From Rotaria socialis (Eukaryota): a DNA stretch of 64,000 bases. The stretch is from positions 1 to 64,000 of the forward strand of contig CAJNYD010000597.1 in NCBI GenBank assembly GCA_905331295.1. The letters are read 5' to 3'. A program made the translations under genes and the position numbers. Below are positions 47,922-59,732 of the stretch, piece after piece (within the stretch, counting starts at the first letter, position 1; each line of letters begins with the position of its first letter). The notes beneath the pieces were generated by a model, which worked only from the letters and a program-made list of their open reading frames with translations, was not told the origin of the DNA and ran no database searches.

Positions 47922-50691
47922 CTAATAAGAATTGCAAGCGAATGATCTTTGAGCGGAATCACGCTCAATGATGATGTAGCCAGAGTGCGACTGAATGATT
48001 CTACTGTATTTTGTTAATCACGAACTTCTGAAGTCAACGTAGATGATCGTTTTTTTTGTTTTGATGTTGATGATCTGCGACATCGATAACTGTAGTCGTG
48101 AATAAACCTAATCCTGCGCCTTACAATGTTCCGAAAAATTGATCCATTGGGCGCATTTGTTAATACAATGTAAAACACAGATTTGTATATGAATTTCAGA
48201 ATACTCGTTTGCATTTTATAGCATTTGTCATCATGGTTATCAATATCAGTCGTGTGACATTCATACCTTTATGTCACTCGATCTTTTCAACCATAGTGAT
48301 ATCACGGGGCTGCGAGGTATGTGATAACATACGACTAATAAAACAATTCAACAACACAAAAAGTAAAAGAATATTGTTCCAGCATTGGTGCATTTAAATG
48401 CGAAAAAAAATGAATAGAAACGGGTATGGGTGTGAGTGGAAGAATGCAGGGTCTATACACCGATACTCGTACACTCACATTCGCACGCTCAAGATTGTGT
48501 TGATGCAGCTCGTAAACGGTTGGAATTGTTTGGAGATGTCGAGTATTGGAGAAATAATGGACTTCAAATGATCTCGAATACTTCAGTTGCATATTTCGCT
48601 ATTAATGAAACAGTTGAGATAATTGCAAAATCGAACTCGTATTACGCCGTGAACTAAAAATGACTCCATCGTATTTATATTGCTAGTTCAAATTGTCAAA
48701 TGAAATTGAAGTTTACAGTGTTTTTTGAAATAAATAATCTTTCTTTGATGCATGTATATCGATATGTTTTGCTTGAGTGTGGGTGTTTTGATAGGAAGAC
48801 GCCAATTGTGAAGATATAATCATTATATTTTTTCAAATAGTGCGATTTAATTTAATCACATTATTATTCTCACGTCAGACTTAGTCTTCATATATACACG
48901 ATTGAACAATGGATTGAAGTATTCAACACCTGAACAGCAATAATCACTATTTCGAAAAGCTTCTTGGCCACACGATCAAAACCGCGAACAACCTTTGTTA
49001 GATTCACTATATCTTGGCGATATGAGACACTAGTCTCCTTACTAATAGAATTGTGAAATTTTCTTTGAAATAGGAAATCAACAATAAATACAAGATGAAA
49101 TCATATTCTTTGTCGTCATTTACACTTCGTTATGCCATCATGAAAACCAGTGTCAGATTTTATTTCCAACTTGCAATTTCTCAGGTACATGTGACTGTTT
49201 CTTATGGATTCACTGACTATGTAAATATTATTACATTTTAACGTCCTTTTCAACTTTATTTTGAAATAAAACAATCGTGTGATCGCTCTCTGTAAAATTT
49301 ACTGTCGATATTGCGACCAAGTTGGGTGACTTATATGCATCGAGTATGCGATAAAAAGTTTTCATTTATAATACCCATCTTATATTTTCTGCGCAGTCAT
49401 ACAACTGATAAGATCATAAAACATCAAGCCAATATAAAGGTGAGTGTAAATTTGGTCTTATTTTTCGGAGCGTTACATTTCATAAGATCCAACATTCTTT
49501 AACTAAAGCCTGATCAGTAGATATTTGTTTCGCAAATTTAAATAGAATGCGAGATTCAAGTACTGCATTTTTAGAAATCTTAAATTTTGTTGATTAAAAT
49601 TTTTACAACAAAATACTGAAATCTGCATACGAAACCTAGCATGAAAATGGCTATTGTTCGAATTGGACAGTAAGCTATTAGATGCAGGATATATGCCAGT
49701 ATTGTGTGTATTAAGATTTCGATATGCTTTTTTTATTATTCAGAGTAACGTAATTCGAATCCAAAAATTATCGATTCGTGCTCACGGATCTATTTATCGC
49801 TGGCCATGATAAATTTTTGAAAAATATGCGGATAAAGTTAGCCAACAAGAGAGCGTCTCTCAATATCAGCATGCATAACTTGCATCACTCACCCGTCTTC
49901 ATATTCAATTGCTTCAAACGCATATTGTCACAATAGTCGTCCATAATGTATCCTCATGGCGTTTAAGTAAAACAATAACCGCATGAAAAAAGAGTAAACT
50001 CACAAGGGAATATCACCAGGTGTCAGAGCACATTTTACTAAAAGCTTTTTACATGTCGCAGTCATGATTGAGCTGTGCCTATCAAAATAGGTGTTCATGT
50101 TTTTGACTTGTTATTGAGGTGATCAAGTGAATCTTAACGAGGTTTCCCTATAAGGCACAGCACTTGCAAACAGATGATATTGCCAAATTTCTAGTTGAAA
50201 CTTAAGCTACAGATAAATATCATGAAAACGAGTGTGCATTACAAATTGAGTGATGAAACTTTCATAGTATAAACTGTTCTTGATCGATAGTATCTACAAC
50301 AGGAATTGTTTTTTTTTGAAAGATCTGCACTTGGAGGAAACATTTTCCAAAAATTCTGAAATTTTTTATGCGCTGTCATTTCAATGATATTTGTATTTAA
50401 CTAAATATTCAGGTATAAATTCGACTATACTACTTTACAGCAAATAGCAGGTACTAACGATAAATTCATTAGAATTCGCTCGATCTACTCCGAAACAGGT
50501 CAAAACTCGATTTTTTTATTACATCAGACAGTTCAATAAGAGCTAAAAGATTTGTGAGACTCTGACTAAAAAGTATTTAGACACCTGGGAATATTCTCTC
50601 GTTAGCGTTAAAGATATAACTAGAAGCTATCAAAGTAATCAGGATTATGTAATTATTTTTTACTTCTTCATGCACAGTCATCGACAATAAT

Positions 50692-52422
50692 ATGTCTACA
50701 GCAAAGGCAAAGCCTAAAACCGGTGCCTCGAGTATTTCTAAGGTTAAACCAACACACACATCCACAACTTCAAAGCCAAGTAGCGTAGGAGCTTCGTCAT
50801 CAAAGTCGCATCCACATGAAAGTATCAAATCAAAAAAGTTGACAGATACCGCTGTACCTGCTGCCAAAGATTCTGCCAGCAATTCGTCGGCAGTCACAAA
50901 ATCAAGCAACTTTTATTATAATTGTCGAAACAACGATATCGATGAAGCTAATAGATTACTACACACGCTTACACTCAAAGAGATTAATCAAATTGAACCA
51001 AATGGATCCACGGCTCTACATGCCGCTGCCTACTACGGAAATTACGAAATAGTTAAGATGCTTTTAGCAAAAGGTGCACAACGCACGATAAAAAATATTC
51101 ATGGTTGTATACCTTACGAAGAAGCAAAAACCAAAGATATCAAAAAATTATTTAAACGCCAGGATAGAGCTGGAACTGAATCAAAAAGTCGATTCGCAGC
51201 TGAAAAGGGTCCATCATTTGAATGGATCTTCGTCGAAAGTGATCCTTCGAGCTATGCTTCCTTCAATCGTAAAAGTTTATGGAAGTGCCAAACCGACGAA
51301 GAATTTGATCGTTTATGCCGTGGCATTCGGCAGTACTATATCAACGAGAACGGTCCATTGACTGATGTAAAACATATTGAAGAAGTTCGTCTATTCATTG
51401 ATGAAGCAATTGAACACAAGGATCCCACACAGGTTGTTCGTGCTTATACAGCAGAGACTGGTTTTTATCGTCGAGTTAACATGGATCTGTCTCAGATGCC
51501 TACGCATTGGTCTGGAACCAAACATGAGCGAAATCTTGCATCAATCATGATGTTTCATCCTGTGTTTCAAAGTTTCGGATTTACAGGCGAAACATATCGT
51601 GGAATGTCAATGTCATTACAAGATTTGAAACAATATGCTGTTAATTCTGTGTTTATGAACAAGACATTTCTAAGTACATCGAAACAACGAAAAGAAGCTG
51701 AATCATTCGCAGTATCTGATAATTCATCTACAGTATCTTTAGTGGTCTGTAAATATTTGATCAAGCGCATTGGTACAGCTTTAGCAATTGAAAATATTTC
51801 AGAATATCCATGGGAACAAGAAGTTTTAATACTACCGTATGCTTCATTCAGAGTGAAACGACTTGAAAAATCAACTGGAAATGCAGGCCCTATTACAGAA
51901 ATTGACATAGAAGAGGAAGAGGATGAAGAAGAAGAAGAAGAAGGAAAAGAGACGGATCAGGTGACAAGAACAACAAAGAAATCGTATAAGAAATCATACA
52001 CGCATACTTCGGTCGAAAAAACGACAGTCGGAAAGAAAGATCATAGTCATGATGTCTACAAAAAAATGTTCAACGATTCCCAAGAAAAAGGTAAAATCGA
52101 TCCAACTGATTTAGCTAAATGGAAGCAAGAAAGTTTCGGCATTGACCCTGCAAACGATAGTTATGCGAAAATATGGAGTGATGCGAAGAAAGGTAAATTT
52201 AGTAAGAGTGACCTGGCAAAATGGAAAAAAGAAAGTGGTTTAGTTACAAAAGGCGATGATTATGAAGATTCCGATTTGGAAAGTTATGATGGAGAAAATG
52301 ATCCGACTATTTTTACGGCATCTAATGAACAGAGTTATGCTACATCGAAAACTTACACTTCGAAACAGCCACTTGATATGAAAAAATTCATGGACGAGTT
52401 TGGAAATGATAGCGATGATTAA
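50692..52422 (+). CDS. Ankyrin-repeat plus toxin-like (R-S-E clan) ADP-ribosyltransferase, intronless
   Basis: Ankyrin NGSTALHAAAYYGNYEIVKMLLAKGA; ART motifs RAYT.E.GFY, TYRG, FLSTS and WEQEVLILP; poly-Glu tract and an acidic tail. Confidence 0.9.
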   Translation: MSTAKAKPKTGASSISKVKPTHTSTTSKPSSVGASSSKSHPHESIKSKKLTDTAVPAAKDSASNSSAVTKSSNFYYNCRNNDIDEANRLLHTLTLKEINQIEPNGSTALHAAAYYGNYEIVKMLLAKGAQRTIKNIHGCIPYEEAKTKDIKKLFKRQDRAGTESKSRFAAEKGPSFEWIFVESDPSSYASFNRKSLWKCQTDEEFDRLCRGIRQYYINENGPLTDVKHIEEVRLFIDEAIEHKDPTQVVRAYTAETGFYRRVNMDLSQMPTHWSGTKHERNLASIMMFHPVFQSFGFTGETYRGMSMSLQDLKQYAVNSVFMNKTFLSTSKQRKEAESFAVSDNSSTVSLVVCKYLIKRIGTALAIENISEYPWEQEVLILPYASFRVKRLEKSTGNAGPITEIDIEEEEDEEEEEEGKETDQVTRTTKKSYKKSYTHTSVEKTTVGKKDHSHDVYKKMFNDSQEKGKIDPTDLAKWKQESFGIDPANDSYAKIWSDAKKGKFSKSDLAKWKKESGLVTKGDDYEDSDLESYDGENDPTIFTASNEQSYATSKTYTSKQPLDMKKFMDEFGNDSDD

Positions 52423-53348
52423 AAATAATAATTTATGAAAAGATACTTATATCGAATTAATGATCATATTATTTATATTGCTAAAGCACACTTAACTAGA
52501 AATGAGCCATGTCGCATCCTATTGAGAAATGCATATACGCTTTCGTTTAAAAATGTTGCACTAAAAACTTCAATAAATATATGCACACAATTATAATATG
52601 CTCTTAGTTAACTACCAGTACCTTTTGTTTGGTTAACATGATCAAACTTACAAGTTGTCGCTTACTGTTTTATTTTGGTATAGTTGAACTTTCGTTTTGT
52701 TTCTCTATCGCGTGAAAAAACAAAATTATACTATTTCGATGAAAGAGCAAAAATGTATAAAAAGCTAATTTATCCTATTGGACTTTTCTATCATAAATAC
52801 AATACAATCTATTAACGAATGGCAGAAATCTTTTAATTATCGAGTATTGTAATATCGAATTTCAGACTAATTAATTTGAGAATGTCCGTAAAGATCTGTT
52901 GATCCTTTAGATATACGAAAGTAATCCATCACGCATGTGTGTTGTCAGTCTTCGCAGTTTTACTTTTCACGGTATAGAGTTATCATCGATACTTATTATT
53001 ATCGTCAATCTTTCATTTATATAGAAACAAAAGCAGTGAAAACAGGTAGATTGTCTCCAAAAAGTTAGTAGATCAAGCTGAGAGTATTTAATCAAGAGAT
53101 GTTCTTTATACTTATTTCACTTTGTCATAAATACTATGGCTATAGTATTAGATTAGGTAGTCTTATTCTCATCATTAGAATTTAAATCATAGATTATGTT
53201 AAACTTGCTCATGATAACCATACATAACTATATCATACCATTTTAAGATCATATATACGAATGAAAGATTGACAATTTCAAATGTTAATGTAAACCAAAA
53301 TTACACTATCGATTGGTTTCATTCATTATTATCATTAACTTTGAGCTG

Positions 53349-53654
53349 CCCTAATCGACTCTCCCCCAACGATTCCCCGTAAAATAACGAAATCCCTGGG
53401 GAGTCCCTGTCGTGAGTCCCCGGGGACTTTTTATTTGGGGGACTCCCCGGGGATTTCTCTGGGGAGAATTGATGAAATTTTTTAAAATAAAAAAAAAACT
53501 TTTTAATTTTTTTAATTTTTAAAAAATTAAGAAGAATTTATTAGTAATTAGATATCTCATCGATTTTGACCAGATAACTCCCCGGGGAGTCCCCGCATAA
53601 GAACGAAATCCCTGGGGACTCCCTGGGGATTCTTCTAGGGAGAGTTGACTAGGG
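53349..53654. mobile_element. Palindromic MITE, CCC...GGG termini, 2-bp TSD (TG)
   Basis: TIRs ccctaatcgactctccc / gggagagttgactaggg, internal ggggactcccc palindromes, TG on both sides. Confidence 0.85.
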
Positions 53655-53699
53655 TGTGCTATAGATCTCAGACCGTTGATCTTTGTTTACCGAAAAATC

Positions 53700-53890
53700 A
53701 ACTAGACTATTTTGAAAAATTGAACTTCGATTCGGATTCCTCGACCGCGATTACATTCGGTCAAACTTTATAAAAAAAAATTTTTTTTCGTAAAAAACTG
53801 ATTCAGGGTCCTAAAAAATCAGAAATAAAAAAATTTCAAAAAACTGATCTCGGATTCGGATTTGTCGATCCCGATTACCTTCGGTAGATC
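53700..53890. repeat. Transposon-derived fragment with a duplicated gattcggatt..tcga.c.cgattac.ttcggt motif
   Basis: Copies at ~53729-53761 and ~53853-53885. Confidence 0.55.
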
Positions 53891-54219
53891 TTTCTCGGGA
53901 GAGCCGGCGGTGAAATTTTCACTGGTTTAGTGGATACTGAAATCTGATTGGTTTGTCAAACAAGCATACATCCAAACTTCAAACATATTTAAGCTGCGCA
54001 TAATCTCTTTTCTTTCAGAAAAGGGAATTAACGAAAATAAATACTTTTCTACAAACTTTATTACTCATCTCAAACATAAATAACTATAAATATTTGATGA
54101 ATACAAATAATTGAAAAGCAGAACAGAACAGCATTAGAAAAAGAACTAAATTATGCGGATAGGAGAGTAACAAACTGCATGATTGTTTTGTTTTAGTTAA
54201 GTTCCATTTGATTTATGTA

Positions 54220-56307
54220 ATGGGCAATCTAACATCGAAAACCGATGAGACATCATCATCATATACGCTCAAAAATGAAAGTACAAAGCCTCAAGCAGCT
54301 CCAAACAAGTCTCTATCGGTGATTCGATCTCGTAATGTAGAAAACTTCATTATAATATGGTTAGATTCGAATATGAAAGAATCAAAACGAAAAACTCAAC
54401 ATGCAATAAATCAATTCCGACAGGTAATCAATTCTATTCGAACATTTACTGATTCTGATCAATGCATGAATTTTATTCGTGATATTAAAAATGAAAAAAT
54501 ATTTTTGATTATTTCTGCTGGTCTAAGTCAAAGTTTTGTTCAACTTGTTGAAGAAATGATTCAGCTGATTTCGATTTATATTTATTCGAATCATAAATTA
54601 AAACAGGAACAATGGATAAATAACCATAGAAAAATCAAAGGTATTTTTATTCAAATCGAACACATTTGTGATGCCATAAAAAAGGAGGCTCGTCAATGTG
54701 AAACTGATTTAATACCAATTAGTATTGTTACGAATATATCAGCAACGAATCTCGACGAACTTGATCAATCATTCATGTATTCACAATTACTAAAAGAAAT
54801 TCTATTAGAATTAGAGCATGATGATAAGGCAAAAAGTGAACTCGTTGAGTTTTGTCGTGAACAATATGCTGATAATGAAAAGGAATTAAAAATAATTGAT
54901 GAATTCAATCAAAATTATAGCAAACCATCACCGATTTGGTGGTATACACGTGAATGTTTTGCTTATTCAATGCTTAATAAAGCTCTACGAACACAAGACG
55001 TAGAAGTAATTATTAAAATGGGTTTTTTCGTTCGTGATCTTCATCAACAAATTGAACAATTGCATTCTCAAACAAATAATCAACGCTCATTTATTGTCTA
55101 TCGTGGACAAGGAATTTTGAATAATGAATTCGAAAAAATGAAGAAAAGTAAAGGATGTCTTCTATCATTTAATAATTTTCTATCAACAAGTACAACGAGG
55201 GAAGTATCAATGAAATTTGCTCGTAAAGCTTTAAATAATCCTGAACTAGTAGCTATTTTTTTCCGAATGGAAATCGATCCGCCAATAACGTCGACACCAT
55301 TTGCATCGTTGGATACGATTAGTTATTATTCAGCTGTAGAAAAAGAAATTCTGTTTTCAATGCATGCCGTCTTTCGAATCGGAGAAATGAAACAAATCGA
55401 AGGTCGTATGTGGCAAGTTGATCTAAAGTTAACAAGTGAAAATGACCCACAACTAACACAATTGACAAAATATATACGAGAAAAGATTCGTGGTGGTACA
55501 GGTCTACATCGAATGGGAGCTTTGATGCATAGAATGGGTGAATTTAATAAAGCAGAAGAAATCTACACAATTCTACTCGAAGCAACATCTGATGATCGTA
55601 AAGAACTTGCTTTTCTTCATCATCAACTTGGATATATTAATGATCAAAAAGGTGATTTAACCACAGCATTAATTCACTATAAAAAATCACTCGAGATTAA
55701 TTTAACTGAAATGTCACCAGATGATCCTTCACTTTCACCAACTTATTCTAGTATCGGTATTGTTCTAAAAAAACAAGGCGATCTTGCAGGTGCATTAGAA
55801 CAATATCAACATGCTCTTGCCATTGATACTAATGAACCCGAACCTGATCAACTGCAAATTGCAACTCGACATAATAATATTGGCGCAGTATTAAAGGACC
55901 AAAAAAAGTACACAGAAGCACTGGCAAGCTATCAAATTGCACTCAAAATTCAAGTTGCTCATCTTCCATCTCGTAGTCCATTAATTGCAACTACGTATAA
56001 TAATATTGGTTTAGTACATTCTTCCATGGGAGATAAATCTACTGCAGTTTCATATTATGTAAAATCGCTTGAAATTTTTCAAAGAACACTAACATCGAAT
56101 CATCCATCGTTGGCTGTTGCACATCGAAATATAGCTAGAGCATTAGAAGATCTTCAACGATATGAGGAAGCGCTCGAACATGCTACTCAAGCTCTTGATA
56201 TATCTTGTCGTGCTTTTGGTTCGGATAATAGTGAAGTAAAATTGAATCGAGAAAATCTTAATCGAATTCAGCAGAAAATTATGGTCGATCTTACTACGTC
56301 AGAATAG
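54220..56307 (+). CDS. ART-TPR protein: N-terminal alpha/beta domain, R-S-E ADP-ribosyltransferase and TPR array (intronless)
   Basis: First ATG at 54220 gives MGNLTSK. Motifs WWYTRECFAYSMLNKALR, VYRG, FLSTS and VEKEILF; about six 42-aa kinesin-light-chain-type TPRs (IATTYNNIGLVH etc.). Confidence 0.92.
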   Translation: MGNLTSKTDETSSSYTLKNESTKPQAAPNKSLSVIRSRNVENFIIIWLDSNMKESKRKTQHAINQFRQVINSIRTFTDSDQCMNFIRDIKNEKIFLIISAGLSQSFVQLVEEMIQLISIYIYSNHKLKQEQWINNHRKIKGIFIQIEHICDAIKKEARQCETDLIPISIVTNISATNLDELDQSFMYSQLLKEILLELEHDDKAKSELVEFCREQYADNEKELKIIDEFNQNYSKPSPIWWYTRECFAYSMLNKALRTQDVEVIIKMGFFVRDLHQQIEQLHSQTNNQRSFIVYRGQGILNNEFEKMKKSKGCLLSFNNFLSTSTTREVSMKFARKALNNPELVAIFFRMEIDPPITSTPFASLDTISYYSAVEKEILFSMHAVFRIGEMKQIEGRMWQVDLKLTSENDPQLTQLTKYIREKIRGGTGLHRMGALMHRMGEFNKAEEIYTILLEATSDDRKELAFLHHQLGYINDQKGDLTTALIHYKKSLEINLTEMSPDDPSLSPTYSSIGIVLKKQGDLAGALEQYQHALAIDTNEPEPDQLQIATRHNNIGAVLKDQKKYTEALASYQIALKIQVAHLPSRSPLIATTYNNIGLVHSSMGDKSTAVSYYVKSLEIFQRTLTSNHPSLAVAHRNIARALEDLQRYEEALEHATQALDISCRAFGSDNSEVKLNRENLNRIQQKIMVDLTTSE

Positions 56308-56681
56308 AGATGAACAATTTTTTGAGTTGCGACATTAATCTTAAAAGTGTGTAGACTCTTCTTACTAGTGAATGTGCTTCTATTTTTACATAAAATAAAG
56401 ATCAAGATTTAACGCAATGAGTTTCATTTTATATCAATAGTACAAGTTCTCGTCGTAGCCTTTTTTCGTGTGCATCTCATAACCTCCAGGTAGCGAATAC
56501 TTTCTGATAAAAGATAAAAAAAGAACATTGAAAAGGCACATTCAGGAGGCTAGTCTCATCGTTGTATATTCTGCTTCTTCTTAGTTAACATCAGATTTCA
56601 TATCTAACTGCAAATAGAACGAAACGAACTATATACATATCAGCCATTTTGCTAGTGGTCTGTTTTTTTAATAGTAGGATT

Positions 56682-58601
56682 ATGAAGGTTTGCCTTTTTG
56701 TATTAGCATTGTGGTGTGTTACTATTCATGGACTTTTGTATCCAGAAGAAAGTGAAACTAGACAGATTCGATCATTAGATGGTCTATGGGAATTTCGACT
56801 CGATGAAGCTGGTGTAGGTAAAACTGAGCAATGGTTTGCCAAGTCAAATTTACCTTCGCCTACTATTCTTATGCCTGTGCCAGCCTCGTACAATGATATA
56901 ACACAAAATATTACTATTCATCAGCATATTGGAATGGTATGGTATGCGCGTGACCTTTTTTTTCACAATACCGCACCTCGTTGGGTACTTCGATTTCAAG
57001 CTGCTCACTATGAAGCAAATGTTTGGGTCAATGGACAATCAGCAGTGGATCATTCCGGTGGACATTTACCTTTCGAAGTTGATATTACTCGATTCATTCC
57101 TAGTAATGTAAGCTATTCGAAAGTACGAATTGTTGTCGCTGTTAATAATACTCTTACATCTACAACATTACCACCGGGATATCTACATATTTATAATCCA
57201 ACCTATCGTGTTCTTGAAACTCCATTTGATTTTTTCAATTATGCCGGTATAGATCGTTCAGTTATACTTTATTCTACCTCGAATAACTATATCCAAGATA
57301 TCACTATTGACACAGATAGCATTGATTTCGATAGTCAACATGTAGCTACATCCGCTGTTCTTTCTTATTCTGTCACCATTGGCGGAACTACTCATCAAGA
57401 AAATACTCTTCGTGTAATTATTGAACTCTTTGATGCTCAAGGCATGCTTGTAGTGAACAATACTGATTCTCAATCGCGTTTAATTGTGAACAAACCAAAT
57501 CTATGGGAACCATGCGGAATGAATCATACTCATCCGTGTACTGAAGAAAGTTATTTGTATACTCTAAAAGTGACACTCTACGATGATGTATCGCCTATGA
57601 ATATCTTAGATATCTATCGTATACCACATGTTGGAATTCGTACTATTCGATTGACTGACTCAAAATTTTTAGTCAATGAACGTCCATTCTATTTTCACGG
57701 AGCGAATGCCCACGAAGATAGTGATATTCGAGGAAAAGGATTCGATCGAGTAATTCTAGCTAAACATTTCAATTTATATGGTTGGTTACATGGTAATGCA
57801 TTTCGAACATCCCATTATCCGTATGCTGATGAATTCTATGCCATGGCTAATCGATTTGGTATAGCAATTATCGGTGAAACTCCAGCTGTCGGATTGAAAA
57901 AAGATCAATTCGTTTCACAAGCTACTTTAGATCATCACAAACAAGTTGTCACAGAAATGATTAGTCGTGATAGAAATCATCCATCAGTTCTTATGTGGTC
58001 GTTGGCTAATGAACCTGAATCTGGTGATCCTGAGGCAAAAGGATATTTTAGTGCGCTAGCTAATTTTACAAGACTATTAGCAGCAGGTCGTCCTATTACT
58101 TATGTTATTTCAGCTGCTTATAATAGCGATCAAGGTATTCAGTTCTTTGACATGATTTGTATAAATCGTTATTTTGCTTGGTATAGTCAAGCCGGTCGTC
58201 TAGATCAAATTCCATCATTGGTATCTGAAGAACTTGCTAATTGGCGACATAGATTTCCAAACAAACCAATATTAATGAGCGAATATGGCGCAGATACTGT
58301 GCCTGGTCTTCATAATGATCCACCATTGATGTTTACTGAAGAGTATCAAAAAGATTTCCTATCTGGTTATCATGGATCGTTTGATAATGTTTCTTCTATT
58401 GTTCATCCAGATACAGGTTATTTTGTTGGTGAATTAGTCTGGAATATGTTTGATTTTGCAACTGACCAAAGTATTATTCGTGTAGGTGGCCTAAATCGCA
58501 AGGGTCTATTTACTCGACAGCGCCAACCAAAAGCAGCCGCTTTCGTTATGAAAAAACGCTACCAAGAACTTGAATTCATACCAACAGAAGTAGCACACTA
58601 G
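56682..58601 (+). CDS. GUSB: Beta-glucuronidase (GH2), secretory, intronless
   Basis: Signal peptide then GLLYPEESETRQIRSLDGLWEF; motifs FDFFNYAGI, FRTSHYPY, WSLANEP (acid/base), SEYGAD (nucleophile) and NRKGLFTRQRQPK. Confidence 0.95.
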   Translation: MKVCLFVLALWCVTIHGLLYPEESETRQIRSLDGLWEFRLDEAGVGKTEQWFAKSNLPSPTILMPVPASYNDITQNITIHQHIGMVWYARDLFFHNTAPRWVLRFQAAHYEANVWVNGQSAVDHSGGHLPFEVDITRFIPSNVSYSKVRIVVAVNNTLTSTTLPPGYLHIYNPTYRVLETPFDFFNYAGIDRSVILYSTSNNYIQDITIDTDSIDFDSQHVATSAVLSYSVTIGGTTHQENTLRVIIELFDAQGMLVVNNTDSQSRLIVNKPNLWEPCGMNHTHPCTEESYLYTLKVTLYDDVSPMNILDIYRIPHVGIRTIRLTDSKFLVNERPFYFHGANAHEDSDIRGKGFDRVILAKHFNLYGWLHGNAFRTSHYPYADEFYAMANRFGIAIIGETPAVGLKKDQFVSQATLDHHKQVVTEMISRDRNHPSVLMWSLANEPESGDPEAKGYFSALANFTRLLAAGRPITYVISAAYNSDQGIQFFDMICINRYFAWYSQAGRLDQIPSLVSEELANWRHRFPNKPILMSEYGADTVPGLHNDPPLMFTEEYQKDFLSGYHGSFDNVSSIVHPDTGYFVGELVWNMFDFATDQSIIRVGGLNRKGLFTRQRQPKAAAFVMKKRYQELEFIPTEVAH

Positions 58602-59732
58602 ACTATGCGATGAAGAATCGATTTTTTCTTTATTCTCTCTAATTAGACATAGTTTATGATTAATTTTTTGTTTTTCATGCCCATTTTTTTCTGCATATTT
58701 CACTGTGTAAAAAGATTAACTTTGCATAAACTATATCTTACAGAATATAATAGAAATGAAGAATAAGTTTTTGCTTACATAACTCAATGATTAATTTGAT
58801 AATAAAAGCGTTCACGAGAGATGATGTTCTAATGATTTTTTAAAAATTGCCTCTTTCATTGAATTATCTTCGCAATGAAAACTTCCTTATGATCGAAATG
58901 CATAAGTATAAACAGAAGAAGAATCTTTATTGCGCCATAAAGAATATTATCAATTTTTATAAAAAAATACTCAGAAAAATTAGTTGTCAAATTTTCTGGC
59001 TGTTTGCCAGAGTTGCACAACCCATGATTATATATCACAAGTCAGTTAAAGTAGCAATTTGTACTCCAGATTTTTAATTACGTACTAAAAATAAAATATC
59101 GTGATCTTGTATTTCATCATTGGTCGTTGAATATAGCCTGTATGACTAAAGCAAAGCTTTATATTTTATTATTCAACGCGTTCGAGAAATTATAAAGAAG
59201 TCATGGTTATTCTAAAAAAAAATACTTCTCATATTTTACTTGAAAAAGAAACGAAATATACTTCGTTTACCTAGAAATGTGTCTGCCATTATGTGTTTAA
59301 AATATTTTTGAAATCATGTTATTGCAAAGATTGCTTTACATGAGTGATACATTTTCTACATTCCATGTACCCAATATGAAAGGTTGTTAAAATTCTATTC
59401 ATTGAAATAGTTTCAACGTAAAAAAAATATTATTTTCATATTTTTCAATATTTTTATCTATTTACTAATGTCAGAAGATAAATATATGCGATTTAGTGTT
59501 ACTTTCCGTAGACCTTGAAACAGAGATATCATTTTTCTTTTTTTTTCTACTTATTAATTATCGTAGCACTGAGGAGTACATTCAAATCAACCAATTGAAA
59601 TTCGACAGACACATGGAGGTAGTTTACTAGCCATTTTTCTTCTTCCACTCGTTCTTTATATATGCCATAGTAAATGAAAACGAGCTAAATCACATCGGCC
59701 ATATCTTCACAGTTTAATAATCTATTTTGATC

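Noticed and set aside
50577..51908. Overlapping ORFs 50577-50909, 51101-51361 and 51567-51908
   Set aside because: Antisense or out-of-frame shadows of the Ank-ART gene.
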